64,000 nucleotides of DNA from an uncultured Pelagibacteraceae bacterium (GTDB taxonomy: Bacteria; Pseudomonadota; Alphaproteobacteria; Pelagibacterales; Pelagibacteraceae), in contig CACHGA010000002.1 of assembly GCA_902579285.1 (NCBI GenBank), positions 7,906 through 71,905 on the forward strand. Reading direction: 5' to 3'. The notes below the pieces were generated by a model, which saw only the letters and a list, made by a program, of their open reading frames with translations, searched no databases and was not told the DNA's origin. The position numbers and the translations under genes are program-made. Below, one piece after another: positions 40,887-50,974 of this stretch. The number at the start of each line of letters is the position of its first letter. The stretch's first letter is position 1.

Positions 40887-41270
40887 TTATTTTTTCATAG
40901 GAGTAAGTTTTTTGCCTGCAATGGCAATAGCTTTACCTTTTCTAGTTCTTGCATTACAATGAGTTCTTTGGCCTCTAACTGGTAATTTTTTTTTATGTCT
41001 TGATCCTCTGTATGAAGCTAAATCTACAAGTCTTTTTATATTCATAGAAACTTCTCTTCTAAGATCGCCTTCAACTTTATAATTTTGATCTATATACTCT
41101 CTTATTTTTAATACTTCATCTTCGCTAAGATTATTAACCCTTTTATTAAGGGGAATATTTAATTTTTCACATATAAGTTTAGAATTGTGGTCACCTATAC
41201 CGTGTATGTAAGTTAGTGCGATATGAACGATTTTGTTCTGCGGAATATTAACGCCTGCAATTCTAGCCAT
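40887..41270 (-). CDS. rpsM: 30S ribosomal protein S13
   Basis: [14 protein letters not shown] and NARTRKG motifs. Confidence 0.97.
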   Translation of the reverse strand: MARIAGVNIPQNKIVHIALTYIHGIGDHNSKLICEKLNIPLNKRVNNLSEDEVLKIREYIDQNYKVEGDLRREVSMNIKRLVDLASYRGSRHKKKLPVRGQRTHCNARTRKGKAIAIAGKKLTPMKK

Positions 41271-41289
41271 AGAAAGATTTTTTAAATTG

Positions 41290-41319
41290 TATTTATATGT
41301 TCAAATTCCTTAAAGTCAA
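41290..41319 (-). promoter_or_regulatory. putative promoter of the alpha operon (rpsM-rpsK-rpoA-rplQ)
   Basis: TTGACT overlapping the adk stop, followed after 16-18 nt by TATAAA/TAAATA. Confidence 0.45.
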
Positions 41320-41888
41320 CCCTTGATAGCTTCAATTAACACGCTAATTTCGCTATTAATTTTGGATATTTCTGCCTCACCATTTACAACTTTAAGTAAA
41401 TTTGATTGCTTATAATAATCTAAGACCGGTTCAGAGGCTTTTTCATAAGTCTTAAATCTTTTAATTGCTATTTCCTCACTATCATCAGCCCTATTTTCTT
41501 GAGCTTGTCTTTCTAAAATTCTCTTCTTAATCGTTTCTAAACTTACAGACAATTTTAATACAATATTTATTTTTTGTTTATATTTAACTAATAGATCATC
41601 TAAGTTTTTTGCTTGAGTTAAAGATCTCGGATAACCATCAAAAATAATTTTGTTTTTGTAATTATCATTAGAAATAAATTTCTCAATCAAATCATTCACT
41701 ATTTTATCTGAAACTAATTCTCCAGAATTTATGGTAGATGATATTTTAGATCCTAAAGGTGTTTTATTTTTAATTTCATTTCGTAAAAGATCGCCAGTGG
41801 ACAATTGGTATAAATTAAATTTATTTACAATAAATTTAGATTGAGTACCCTTGCCCGCACCTGGCGGTCCAAATATTACTATATTCAT
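41316..41888 (-). CDS. adk: adenylate kinase (short LID)
   Basis: GPPGAGKGTQ, STGDLLR, DGYPR and RADD motifs. Confidence 0.95.
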   Translation of the reverse strand: MNIVIFGPPGAGKGTQSKFIVNKFNLYQLSTGDLLRNEIKNKTPLGSKISSTINSGELVSDKIVNDLIEKFISNDNYKNKIIFDGYPRSLTQAKNLDDLLVKYKQKINIVLKLSVSLETIKKRILERQAQENRADDSEEIAIKRFKTYEKASEPVLDYYKQSNLLKVVNGEAEISKINSEISVLIEAIKG

Positions 41889-41890
41889 TA

Positions 41891-43177
41891 TTATTTACCA
41901 AATTTTGCTTTTTTTATTAATGACTCATATTGTGAGCTCATTAATCTTGTTTGAACTTGTGTGACAGTATCCATTGCTACAACTACAACAATTAAAACAG
42001 AAGTACCTCCCAAATAAAATGGTATAGGATATTTTGCTATTAAAAATTCAGGCATTAAACATACTAGTGTTAGGTAACAAGCTCCGATGGTTGTTAACTT
42101 TGTCAAGATATCTTCAATATAATCAGCTGTTCTTTCACCAGGTCTTATACCTGGAACATATCCGCCATATTTTCTTAAATTTTCTGCTGTCTCTTTTGGA
42201 TTAAAAACAATTGAGGTGTAAAAAAAGCAAAAGAAAATTATACCTGATGCGTAAAGTAGCATGTATAAAGGTTTTCCTTGTGAAAATAAAGAAGATATAT
42301 TTAAAAACAAATCAGACTCAGCTAAACCAAAATTGGAAAAGGTTATTGGTAATAAGAGTAATGCTGATGCAAAAATTGCAGGTATTACACCTGCTGTATT
42401 TATTTTTAGTGGCAAATGGGATGATTGACCACCATAAACTTTATTTCCCATTTGTCTTTTTGGATAATTAATCAAGATTTTCCTCATAGCTCTCTCCATA
42501 AAAACTATAAACATAACTGTAACAATTATTAATATAAAAATTCCAATTATCATTGTTGCAGATAAGGCGCCAGTTCTTCCAAGTTCGAATGTTGAAGCTA
42601 AAGCACGAGGTATCTCAGCAACAATTCCTGAAAAAATTATAAGTGATATACCATTTCCTATACCTCTTGATGTTATTTGTTCACCTAACCACATTAAAAA
42701 TGTTGTCCCGGCAACCAAAGATATCATTGTCATTATTTTAAAATTCAGTCCGGGATTTAAAACTAAGTTACCTGCATTTTCTAAACCAGCAGCAACTCCA
42801 TACCCTTGTAAACAAGCAATAAATACTGTCCCATATCTTGTGATTTGTGTTATTTTTTTTCTACCAATCTCACCTTGATCTTTTAAATTTTTAAAGTAAT
42901 CAGATACTCCAGTAAGTAATTGAACAATAATGGATGCAGAAATGTAGGGCATTATTCCTAAAGCAAAAATTGCCATCCTTTGAACAGCACCACCTGAAAA
43001 AACATTAAACATCCCTAACAAGCCTTTTTGACTCGTGGACATCATTTCTGAAAGAGCTACGGGATCAATCCCTGCAAGAGGGACATATGTGCCTAATCTA
43101 TAAACTGACAAGATGAAGATTGTAAAGAAAATTCTGTTTCTTAGGTCTGATGATTGATTGATATCGCCGTTAGCCAT
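41891..43177 (-). CDS. secY: preprotein translocase SecY
   Basis: LGIMPYISASII, GIGNGISL, PGIRPG and GGTS motifs. Confidence 0.98.
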   Translation of the reverse strand: MANGDINQSSDLRNRIFFTIFILSVYRLGTYVPLAGIDPVALSEMMSTSQKGLLGMFNVFSGGAVQRMAIFALGIMPYISASIIVQLLTGVSDYFKNLKDQGEIGRKKITQITRYGTVFIACLQGYGVAAGLENAGNLVLNPGLNFKIMTMISLVAGTTFLMWLGEQITSRGIGNGISLIIFSGIVAEIPRALASTFELGRTGALSATMIIGIFILIIVTVMFIVFMERAMRKILINYPKRQMGNKVYGGQSSHLPLKINTAGVIPAIFASALLLLPITFSNFGLAESDLFLNISSLFSQGKPLYMLLYASGIIFFCFFYTSIVFNPKETAENLRKYGGYVPGIRPGERTADYIEDILTKLTTIGACYLTLVCLMPEFLIAKYPIPFYLGGTSVLIVVVVAMDTVTQVQTRLMSSQYESLIKKAKFGK

Positions 43178-43181
43178 TTTA

Positions 43182-43640
43182 TTAAGCTTTTTCTTTTAGT
43201 ATACTTATAACTCCACCAGCTTTTTCTATCTTTAACTTAGCAGATTTAGAAATGAAATCAGCCTTAATATTTAATTTTTCTTTGATCTCGCCATTTCCAA
43301 GGATCTTTAATTTATTATATTTTTTTCCAATAAGTTTTTTTGAAGCTAGGTTTTTAATGCTTATCTCGTCTTGTGCTTTAATTTTTTTATTTTTTATAAA
43401 ATTTTCAATATCAGAAATGTTTATTATAGCTATGCTCTTTTTAAATAATGGCTTAAATCCTCTTTTTGGAAGTCTTCTATAAAGTGGCATTTGTCCGCCT
43501 TCGAAACTTTTAATTGCAACACCAGACCTTGATTTTTGTCCTTTTACACCTCGACCAGATGTTTTTCCTTTGCCAGAACCAATTCCTCTTCCAACTCTCA
43601 TCTTATTATAATTTGTTTTTACTAGTGTATTTAGTTTCAT
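43182..43640 (-). CDS. rplO: 50S ribosomal protein L15
   Basis: RVGRGIGSGKGKT and FEGGQMPLYRRLPKRGF motifs. Confidence 0.97.
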   Translation of the reverse strand: MKLNTLVKTNYNKMRVGRGIGSGKGKTSGRGVKGQKSRSGVAIKSFEGGQMPLYRRLPKRGFKPLFKKSIAIINISDIENFIKNKKIKAQDEISIKNLASKKLIGKKYNKLKILGNGEIKEKLNIKADFISKSAKLKIEKAGGVISILKEKA

Positions 43641-43641
43641 T

Positions 43642-44142
43642 TTAATTTTCTCTTTGTTTAATAATTTCTGATATTTTTTTTCCTCTTAAAGTTGATAAAA
43701 ACTTTGGAGAACTTTGATTTTTTAATCCTTGCATTAGGGCTTTTAAAACATTGTGAGGATTTGCTGAACCTAGTGACTTAGCGACCACGTCTTGAATACC
43801 AAGCACCTCACAAACAGATCTCATGGCACCTCCTGCGATGATACCTGTACCCGTAGGTGCTGATCTCATAAGTATTTTTCCTGATCCGCTTTTAGATAAA
43901 ATATCGTGGTGTAATGTTCTGCCGTCTTTTAGAGGTATTTTAAACATGTTACGCTTAGCTAATTCAGTGGCTTTTTTAATTGCATCTGGAACTTGTTTTG
44001 ATTTACCTTTTCCTATTCCTATTGAACCTTTCTGATTTCCAACAACAACTAAAGCTGCAAAACCAAATCTTCTACCTCCTTTTACTACTTTGGTAATTCT
44101 ATTTATTGCTACCAATTTTTCTACAAATTCACTATCTCTCAT
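43642..44142 (-). CDS. rpsE: 30S ribosomal protein S5
   Basis: KVVKGGRRF and GTGIIAGG motifs. Confidence 0.97.
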   Translation of the reverse strand: MRDSEFVEKLVAINRITKVVKGGRRFGFAALVVVGNQKGSIGIGKGKSKQVPDAIKKATELAKRNMFKIPLKDGRTLHHDILSKSGSGKILMRSAPTGTGIIAGGAMRSVCEVLGIQDVVAKSLGSANPHNVLKALMQGLKNQSSPKFLSTLRGKKISEIIKQREN

Positions 44143-44495
44143 CAGAAATTCAATCCATTTTTTCTCAAAGAATCAGCCAGGGCTTTAATTCTTCCGTGGT
44201 ATTTGTATCCACCTCTATCAAAAAATACTTTACTAATTTTTTTTTCAGTAGCTCGTTTAGCTAGAATTTCACCTATAGCTATAGACATTTTTGTTTTATT
44301 TAATTTGTTACTTTTCATCTCTTTCTCATGTGATGATGCCGACACGATAGTTTTTCTTATCCTATCATCTATAATTTGTGCTGAAATATTTTTTAAAGAC
44401 TTTGAAACTGTGATTCTAAATCTGTTTGTATTTATTTTTCTTAATTTAGATCTGTTTCTTAAAACTCTTTTATTTCTAGAATTTTGACGATTCAT
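44142..44495 (-). CDS. rplR: 50S ribosomal protein L18
   Basis: AQIIDD and [12 protein letters not shown] motifs. Confidence 0.96.
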   Translation of the reverse strand: MNRQNSRNKRVLRNRSKLRKINTNRFRITVSKSLKNISAQIIDDRIRKTIVSASSHEKEMKSNKLNKTKMSIAIGEILAKRATEKKISKVFFDRGGYKYHGRIKALADSLRKNGLNF

Positions 44496-44497
44496 AA

Positions 44498-45037
44498 TTA
44501 CTTTTTTTTACCTTCTTTTCTTATAACAAATTGATTTTTTTCTTTTATTCCTTTTGCTTTGTAAGGTTCTACTGGTTTAATTGCCTTTATTTCTGATGCT
44601 GTTTTAGATACTAACTCCTTATCAAATCCTGATATTTTAATTTTAGTTTGTTTCTCGATCTTTAATACAATGCCTTTAGGAACTTTGTATTTAATTTCAT
44701 GACTAAAACCTAAACTTAAAAATAATTCTTCACCTTTTAAATTTGCTCTAAAACCAACACCATTTAATTCTAAATCTTTTTCGTGTCCTTTGGTCACTCC
44801 TAGTACAGCATTATTTATAAGGCTTCTGTAAGTTCCCCACAAAATGGAAGTATTTTTGGTTTTTTTATTTGGCATAATCTGAAACTCATTTTTATCATTA
44901 GTTTTGGATGAAAATAACTTATTATTAAAATTAATTTTTTGTGAACCTTTTGGACCTGACACTAATAAGCCTCCATCTTCCACTTTAATATTAGAGTCTT
45001 TTGGCAATACTATAATTTTTTTTCCTAATTTAGACAT
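44498..45037 (-). CDS. rplF: 50S ribosomal protein L6
   Basis: GPKG, GVGFRA, LGFSH and EPYKAKGI motifs. Confidence 0.96.
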   Translation of the reverse strand: MSKLGKKIIVLPKDSNIKVEDGGLLVSGPKGSQKINFNNKLFSSKTNDKNEFQIMPNKKTKNTSILWGTYRSLINNAVLGVTKGHEKDLELNGVGFRANLKGEELFLSLGFSHEIKYKVPKGIVLKIEKQTKIKISGFDKELVSKTASEIKAIKPVEPYKAKGIKEKNQFVIRKEGKKK

Positions 45038-45441
45038 TAAAATACCCTACAAATTACCTCTCCGCCCAGATTATTTTTAATAGCCTCGCTATCAGACATT
45101 ACACCTTTGCTTGTTGATAAAATTGCCAATCCTAAACCTCCATGAACTCTTGGAATACTATCTGCTCTTGAATAAACACGTCTTCCAGGTTTAGATATTC
45201 TTTTTATTTCCCTAATCACAGGCTGGCCTTCGTAATATTTAAGATCTACTTTGATTGATTTTTTACTTTTGTTCTCTTTTTCATTAACAGTATTAAAATT
45301 AATAATATAACCTTCTTTTTTAAGAACCTCCAAAATTTTAAGTCTAAAATTTGAAAAAGGTATATCGATTATATTAAGCGATCTCATTTGACCATTTCTT
45401 ATTCTTGTTAACATATCTCCAATTGGATCTACTAATGTCAT
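45037..45441 (-). CDS. rpsH: 30S ribosomal protein S8
   Basis: DPIGDMLTRIRN, SKPGRRVY and STSKG motifs. Confidence 0.97.
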   Translation of the reverse strand: MTLVDPIGDMLTRIRNGQMRSLNIIDIPFSNFRLKILEVLKKEGYIINFNTVNEKENKSKKSIKVDLKYYEGQPVIREIKRISKPGRRVYSRADSIPRVHGGLGLAILSTSKGVMSDSEAIKNNLGGEVICRVF

Positions 45442-45453
45442 ATATCTCCCTTC

Positions 45454-45759
45454 TTACCAGCTAGATTTTGTCATCCCAGGTATTTTACCTGATGATGCCA
45501 TCCGCCTTAGTGCTATTCTTGATATTCTTAATTTTCTGTAAACTCCATGTGGTCTACCTGTAATCTCACATCTATTTCTTATTCTAATTTTTGATGAATT
45601 TTTTGGAAGCTTGGATAGTTTTAATTGTGCAGCAAATCTCTCATTTAAAGGTAGTTTTTTATTTTGAACTATAGCCTTAAGTTTTTTTCTTTTATTTGCA
45701 TATCGATTTGACATTTTAATTCTTTTCAAATTTCTTTCAATTGCACTTGTTTTTGCCAT
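45454..45759 (-). CDS. rpsN: 30S ribosomal protein S14 (zinc-free form)
   Basis: [10 protein letters not shown] and IPG..KSSW motifs; 101 aa. Confidence 0.97.
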   Translation of the reverse strand: MAKTSAIERNLKRIKMSNRYANKRKKLKAIVQNKKLPLNERFAAQLKLSKLPKNSSKIRIRNRCEITGRPHGVYRKLRISRIALRRMASSGKIPGMTKSSW

Positions 45760-45764
45760 TTTAA

Positions 45765-46370
45765 TTATTCTCCTTTTTTTTCTTCTTTACTAACTATTTT
45801 CTTAAATTTTTTCTTTTTTTTACTTGTGTCTTTTATAATTGGAAAATTAAATTCTTTTAAAAGGTGAATCGTATTCTCCTTATTTTGACTAGTTGTTGCA
45901 ATCGTAACATCTAAACCTCGTATTGTTTCAACTTTATCAAAATTAATTTCTGGAAATATTATGTGTTCTTTAATACCAAAACTAAAGTTTCCAAAACTAT
46001 CACAACTTGAATCTTTTAGACCCTTGAAGTCTTTGATCCTTGGAAGAGCTATATTTACTAACCTATCAATAAATTCGTACATTCTATCATTCCTTAACGT
46101 GACCTTTAACCCAGCATTGGAACCTTTTCTTGATTTAAAATTGGAAATTGATTTTCTAAACTTAGTTATAACAGGTTGTTGTCCAGCTATTGCGGCAACA
46201 TCTTTTATACATGACTCTAACTTTTTCTTTTCTAGAGCTTCAGCACCTAAACCCATATTTAATACAATTTTATTAATTTTAGGAACTGCATGAGTATTTT
46301 TAAGGCTTAGTTTGCCCATTAAATTTTTAATTATCTCATTTTTATACTTTTCTCTTAGTCTAGGTATCAT
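45765..46370 (-). CDS. rplE: 50S ribosomal protein L5
   Basis: [14 protein letters not shown] and IFPEI motifs. Confidence 0.97.
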   Translation of the reverse strand: MIPRLREKYKNEIIKNLMGKLSLKNTHAVPKINKIVLNMGLGAEALEKKKLESCIKDVAAIAGQQPVITKFRKSISNFKSRKGSNAGLKVTLRNDRMYEFIDRLVNIALPRIKDFKGLKDSSCDSFGNFSFGIKEHIIFPEINFDKVETIRGLDVTIATTSQNKENTIHLLKEFNFPIIKDTSKKKKKFKKIVSKEEKKGE

Positions 46371-46606
46371 TTTTTAGCCTTTGTTTTAGTGTCAATATTT
46401 TTTTTAAGATTTGACATGTGAATAAAGCCTTCTTTGGTTATAATTCCACCTTTGTTTTCTTTAGTTGCTTTTTTATGTTTTTTTTGCATATTCACCTCTT
46501 TAACTTTTGCCAAATTTCTAACTCTATTTATTTCGATAATCTCCCCACTTTTACCTTTATCTTTACCAACAATTACTTTTACTTTTTCACCTTTTTTGAG
46601 AAACAT
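46367..46606 (-). CDS. rplX: 50S ribosomal protein L24 (short)
   Basis: KOW motif [16 protein letters not shown] and IHMSN; position in the spc operon. Confidence 0.93.
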   Translation of the reverse strand: MFLKKGEKVKVIVGKDKGKSGEIIEINRVRNLAKVKEVNMQKKHKKATKENKGGIITKEGFIHMSNLKKNIDTKTKAKK

Positions 46607-46608
46607 AA

Positions 46609-46977
46609 TTAAATTACCTCCGGCGCTAGTGATATTATTTTTGTTTGTCCTTTGAGCCTCAACTCTCTTGTAACCGGACCAAAAATCCTAGTACCAATTG
46701 GTTCACCCTTTTCATCCGTTAAAACTACAGAATTGCTATCAAATTGAACCTTTGATCCATCTTTTCTAAAAATTTCTTTTTTAGTCCTTACAACAACCGC
46801 TTTGTGAACAGATCCTTTTTTAACTTTACCCCTTGGGAGAGCATCTTTAACACTAACAACTATAAGATCCCCAATGCCAGCGTATCTTCTCTTTGAACCA
46901 CCTAGGACCTTAATACACTCTACTCTTTTTGCGCCTGTATTATCTGCAACTAATAACTCTGTTTGTACCTGTATCAT
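46609..46977 (-). CDS. rplN: 50S ribosomal protein L14
   Basis: [15 protein letters not shown] and SLAPEV motifs. Confidence 0.98.
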   Translation of the reverse strand: MIQVQTELLVADNTGAKRVECIKVLGGSKRRYAGIGDLIVVSVKDALPRGKVKKGSVHKAVVVRTKKEIFRKDGSKVQFDSNSVVLTDEKGEPIGTRIFGPVTRELRLKGQTKIISLAPEVI

Positions 46978-47204
46978 TTTTCAACAACCTGCCATGTTTT
47001 CAATTTAGAAATAGGTTTACTTTCGATAATCGTAACAAAATCACCCTCTTTAAATTTATTATTCTCATCATGTGCATGATATTTTTTTTTTCTTGAAATT
47101 ACTTTCCCGTAAAAAGGGTGTTGAAACTTCCTGTTAACCTCAACAACCACGGTTTTGTTTCCTTTGCTACTTACTACTTTTCCTTTCAAAATCCTTTTTG
47201 TCAT
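46974..47204 (-). CDS. rpsQ: 30S ribosomal protein S17
   Basis: G.VVS, KTVVV, HP.YGK, AHDE and PISK motifs. Confidence 0.97.
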   Translation of the reverse strand: MTKRILKGKVVSSKGNKTVVVEVNRKFQHPFYGKVISRKKKYHAHDENNKFKEGDFVTIIESKPISKLKTWQVVEK

Positions 47205-47389
47205 TTTTTACTTCCTAATAGATTATTGTAAAGTCTGGCTATATTCTTTTTGATAGAAGAATATTCAGAAACATTTTGTAATTGACCGTTAATTTTTTTG
47301 AATCGCATATTGAATAGGTCCTTTTTAAGCTTTTCAATCTCTCTGATTGATTGATCTTTTGTTAATTTTTTTGCCTCTTTTTTTTTCAT
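47201..47389 (-). CDS. rpmC: 50S ribosomal protein L29
   Basis: LFNMRF..GQL and KKNIAR motifs; operon position. Confidence 0.93.
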   Translation of the reverse strand: MKKKEAKKLTKDQSIREIEKLKKDLFNMRFKKINGQLQNVSEYSSIKKNIARLYNNLLGSKK

Positions 47390-47391
47390 AT

Positions 47392-47796
47392 TTATCTTTT
47401 TATAAATTTAGTTTTAATTGGTAGTTTCGCTGAAGCTTTATATAAAGCCTCTTTTGCTACTTCTTCTGAAACTCCATCAACCTCAAATAATATTCTTCCA
47501 GGTTTAACTCTGCATGCCCAGTATTCTGGCGACCCTTTTCCTTTACCCATTCTTACTTCTGTTGGTTTTTTAGAAACTGGTATGTTTGGAAAAACTCTTG
47601 ACCAAACCTTTCCGGTTCTTTGCATATGTCTTGTTAACGCTACTCGCGCTGCTTCTATTTGTTTTCCAATAATTCTTTCTGGTTGAATAGCTTTAAGGCC
47701 ATAAGTCCCATAATTTAGCTTGGCAACTCTTGTTGCTTTGCCATGTATTCTTCCTTTATGAGCTTTTCTATATTTACTTCTTGTTGGTTGTAGCAT
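47392..47796 (-). CDS. rplP: 50S ribosomal protein L16
   Basis: MLQP, QIEAAR and RMGKGKG motifs. Confidence 0.97.
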   Translation of the reverse strand: MLQPTRSKYRKAHKGRIHGKATRVAKLNYGTYGLKAIQPERIIGKQIEAARVALTRHMQRTGKVWSRVFPNIPVSKKPTEVRMGKGKGSPEYWACRVKPGRILFEVDGVSEEVAKEALYKASAKLPIKTKFIKR

Positions 47797-48460
47797 TTTT
47801 TACTCTTTCAATTTTTTCTTTTTCAATATCTTTTAAGAAAATTTCTCCTTTATAAATCCAAACTTTTACTCCTATCATACCGTATGTTGTTAAAGCTTCT
47901 GACTCAGCGTAATCTAAATTAGCTCTTAGTGTGTGCAAAGGTATACTGCCCTCCCTTAACCACTCACTTCTTGCAATGTCATTTCCTGCAAGTCTACCGC
48001 TAACACATACTTTTATTCCTTTTGCACCCAACCTCATTGTTGCTTGCATAGCTCTTTTCATAGCCCTTCTGTAAGCAACTCTTTTTTCCAACTGCTGTGC
48101 TATGTTCTCAGAAACCAAATAAGCATTCAGCTCGGGTTTTTTGATCTCTTTAATATTTACTGAAACCTCATCTTTTGTGATTTTGGATATTTTGTTTTTT
48201 ATTTTCTCTATATCTGAACCTTTTTTTCCTATAACAAAACCAGGTCTAGATGTATGTATAGAAACAGTACATTTTTTTGATGATCTTTCTATTACAACCT
48301 CTGAAACACCAGCGTTTTTAATATTCTTTTTAATAAATTGCCTAATCTTGTAATCTTCAATTAAGTATTTTCCATAGTCCCCTTTTTTTGCAAACCAAAG
48401 AGAATCCCATGATCTATTAATTCCAAGTCTAAAACCAATTGGATGTACTTTTTGACCCAT
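47774..48460 (-). CDS. rpsC: 30S ribosomal protein S3
   Basis: [23 protein letters not shown] and PLHTLRA motifs. Confidence 0.97.
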   Translation of the reverse strand: MGQKVHPIGFRLGINRSWDSLWFAKKGDYGKYLIEDYKIRQFIKKNIKNAGVSEVVIERSSKKCTVSIHTSRPGFVIGKKGSDIEKIKNKISKITKDEVSVNIKEIKKPELNAYLVSENIAQQLEKRVAYRRAMKRAMQATMRLGAKGIKVCVSGRLAGNDIARSEWLREGSIPLHTLRANLDYAESEALTTYGMIGVKVWIYKGEIFLKDIEKEKIERVKNATTNKK

Positions 48461-48840
48461 TATTTTTTTACCTCATCTTTTTTTGTTTTATTTTGCTTTT
48501 CCTCTAAAATTATAGTTATTCTACTAAAAGGTTTTTTTATAGGTGCCGCTCTTCCTTTGGCCCTTGGTCTAAATCTCTTCATTACTATAGATTTTCCTAC
48601 GTAAGCTTCTTTTACATAAAGATTATCAATATCATATTGATAGTTATTCTCTGCATTCGCGATTGCAGACTTTACAGTTTTTTTAATATCTAAAGCCACT
48701 TTTTTTCTCGTAAATTCTAGATCCCTTATTGCTACATCAGCTTTCTTGCCTTTTATAAAATTTAAAACCAAATTAGCTTTTCTTGCACCTGTTCTTACAT
48801 TTTTGTTTATAGCTTTAACTAAATTATTTTTTTGCATCAT
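48460..48840 (-). CDS. rplV: 50S ribosomal protein L22
   Basis: SAIANAE and [11 protein letters not shown] motifs; AAGGA SD inside the rpsS tail. Confidence 0.96.
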   Translation of the reverse strand: MMQKNNLVKAINKNVRTGARKANLVLNFIKGKKADVAIRDLEFTRKKVALDIKKTVKSAIANAENNYQYDIDNLYVKEAYVGKSIVMKRFRPRAKGRAAPIKKPFSRITIILEEKQNKTKKDEVKK

Positions 48841-49216
48841 CTTTTCCTTTTGAAGCCGGTGTAGTTGCTGGAGCTTTAGTACTTGCAGGAGATGAAGCGC
48901 CAGGTGCAGATTTGGCTGCGCTACTTGGAGCTCCTCCTTCAGCTGCTGCTTTCTTGTCAGCTGGAGTGTGTCCTGAAAACTTCCTTGTTGGAGAAAATTC
49001 TCCTAGTTTGTGTCCTACCATTTCTTCAGAAATCGTTATTGGTATAAATGATCTACCATTATGAATTAAAAAACTATGACCAACAAACTCAGGAATAATT
49101 GTTGAATTTCTAGACCAAGTTTTAATTGGCTGGCTTTTACCTTTATCTTTTAATTTATCAACTTTTTTTAATAAACTAGGATGTACGAACGGGCCTTTCC
49201 AAATACCTCTTGTCAT
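48824..49216 (-). CDS. rpsS: 30S ribosomal protein S19 with long Ala/Pro/Ser C-terminal tail
   Basis: [13 protein letters not shown] and [13 protein letters not shown] motifs; about 40 extra C-terminal residues. Confidence 0.96.
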   Translation of the reverse strand: MTRGIWKGPFVHPSLLKKVDKLKDKGKSQPIKTWSRNSTIIPEFVGHSFLIHNGRSFIPITISEEMVGHKLGEFSPTRKFSGHTPADKKAAAEGGAPSSAAKSAPGASSPASTKAPATTPASKGKDDAKK

Positions 49217-50049
49217 CTTTTATTCCTTTTCTTTCTTCTTGAAATTATAAACTTATCACTTCTTTTTGGTTTTCTGGTTTTTAATCCCTTAGCTGATTGA
49301 CCCCATGGTGACACAGGGTGTCTTCCACCAGCTGACTTTCCCTCTCCACCTCCATGTGGATGGTCTACTGGATTTTTCACGACTCCACGTACCATTGGTC
49401 TTTTTCCTTTCCATCTATTTCGTCCAGCTTTACCAATTTGAATATTTTTTTGATCTGGATTTGAAACTGTTCCAATTGTTGCTTTGCAGGATGCTCTTAC
49501 TTTTCTTGTTTCACCCGAGGATAATTTGATAATTGCATAATCATTGTCAAATCCTGAAATAGTTACAGATGAACCAGCTGATCTTGCAAGTTTACCGCCA
49601 TTACCTTCTATTAATTCAACATTATGAACCAGTGTTCCTGGTGGTATATCGTTTAAGGACATTGCATTTCCGATTTTAATTTCTTTTTTAACTCCTGAAG
49701 TTATAGTATCTCCGGCTTTTAGTCCTTCTGGGCAGATAATATAATTTTGAGAATTATCCTCATATTTAATTAAAGCAATATAGGACGTCCTATTTGGGTC
49801 ATACTCTATTCTTATTACTTTGCCCAAACTATCAATTTTATTCCTATAAAAATCAATTATTCTATATCTTTTTTTATGACCAGCTCCTTTTGATCTAGAT
49901 GTTATTCTGCCTAAATTATTTCTTCCACCCGTTGATACCTTTCCTTTCGTTAAAGATTTGATAGGTGAGCCTTTCCAAATATTTTTTCTATCAATAAGTA
50001 CTGTTGATCTCGTTGATTTTGTATAGGGTTTGTAAGTTTTTAAAGTCAT
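49213..50049 (-). CDS. rplB: 50S ribosomal protein L2
   Basis: [16 protein letters not shown] and [12 protein letters not shown] motifs. Confidence 0.98.
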   Translation of the reverse strand: MTLKTYKPYTKSTRSTVLIDRKNIWKGSPIKSLTKGKVSTGGRNNLGRITSRSKGAGHKKRYRIIDFYRNKIDSLGKVIRIEYDPNRTSYIALIKYEDNSQNYIICPEGLKAGDTITSGVKKEIKIGNAMSLNDIPPGTLVHNVELIEGNGGKLARSAGSSVTISGFDNDYAIIKLSSGETRKVRASCKATIGTVSNPDQKNIQIGKAGRNRWKGKRPMVRGVVKNPVDHPHGGGEGKSAGGRHPVSPWGQSAKGLKTRKPKRSDKFIISRRKKRNKR

Positions 50050-50052
50050 TTT

Positions 50053-50346
50053 TTAAACTCCCGTCGCTAGATCAATTGTTTGGCCTTTTTTTAATGTAAC
50101 TACAGCTTTTTTAAATCCACTTTTTTTTCCGAGTCTGCCTCTAACAATTTTTGTTTTTGGTTTATTTTTAATTGTATTTATTTTAATTACGTTGACTTTA
50201 AAGATTTTTTCAATATTTTTTTTAATAGAGTGTTTTGATGCACCTTCGTGCACTTTAAATACAACTTTGTTTAATTCAGATAATCCAGTAGCCTTCTCAG
50301 TAATTACCGGTGATTTTATTGTGTCTAAATAATTAATTTTTTTCAT
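50053..50346 (-). CDS. rplW: 50S ribosomal protein L23
   Basis: PVITEKAT and KKAVVTL motifs. Confidence 0.96.
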   Translation of the reverse strand: MKKINYLDTIKSPVITEKATGLSELNKVVFKVHEGASKHSIKKNIEKIFKVNVIKINTIKNKPKTKIVRGRLGKKSGFKKAVVTLKKGQTIDLATGV

Positions 50347-50971
50347 TTGTTAACCTTTGTTCAATGTTTTTAATTGAACTTTTTGTGAATAGTACATTTT
50401 TAAACCTAATTAGATCGTAAACATTTGTTCCTTTATAATTTATTAGTTTTACATCAGGTATATTTCTTACAGATTTATAAATATTTTTCTCTGTTTCTTG
50501 ATCAGAAATAATTAAAACATTTTCTAATTTATTTTTGATTAAAAAATTATTAAAAATTTTTGTCTTTGCTATTTTTTTCTTAACATCATCTAGAATATAA
50601 AGTTCTTTGTTATTATTTTTTTTTGATATTGTTTGAGCTAATGCTAATTTTCTAATTTTTTTATTTATACTTTTGGTTTTATAATTGTCGCCTTTTGGAC
50701 CATGTGCAACACCTCCACCAACAAAAAGAGGTGCTTTTCTGCTTGAGTGACGAGCGCCTCCAGTTCCTTTTTGAGCATAAATTTTTCTAGTGGATCCAGT
50801 TACTTCGTTACGTTGTTTTGTTTTTGCAACTCTTTTTTTTGATCTATTTAATTGCCAGTCGACGACATACTTCAAAAGTTTATTATTAACTTTTAAACCA
50901 ATTAATTTTTCCGATAAGTTAAGGTTTTCAGATTTTCCAGTACTATCAATATTTAGAACTTTTATACTCAT
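50333..50971 (-). CDS. rplD: 50S ribosomal protein L4
   Basis: QKGTGGARH and GGGVAHGP motifs. Confidence 0.97.
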   Translation of the reverse strand: MSIKVLNIDSTGKSENLNLSEKLIGLKVNNKLLKYVVDWQLNRSKKRVAKTKQRNEVTGSTRKIYAQKGTGGARHSSRKAPLFVGGGVAHGPKGDNYKTKSINKKIRKLALAQTISKKNNNKELYILDDVKKKIAKTKIFNNFLIKNKLENVLIISDQETEKNIYKSVRNIPDVKLINYKGTNVYDLIRFKNVLFTKSSIKNIEQRLTNEKN

Positions 50972-50974
50972 AAT

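Noticed and set aside
40437..41315. Absence of rpsD, rpmJ and infA from the alpha/spc region
   Set aside because: This is the normal arrangement in Alphaproteobacteria
41316..41888. The short-LID kinase as a UMP/CMP kinase replacing the missing pyrH
   Set aside because: It retains the AMP-type STGDLLR (UMP/CMP kinases typically have SAGDLLR) and sits at the normal secY-adk-rpsM position
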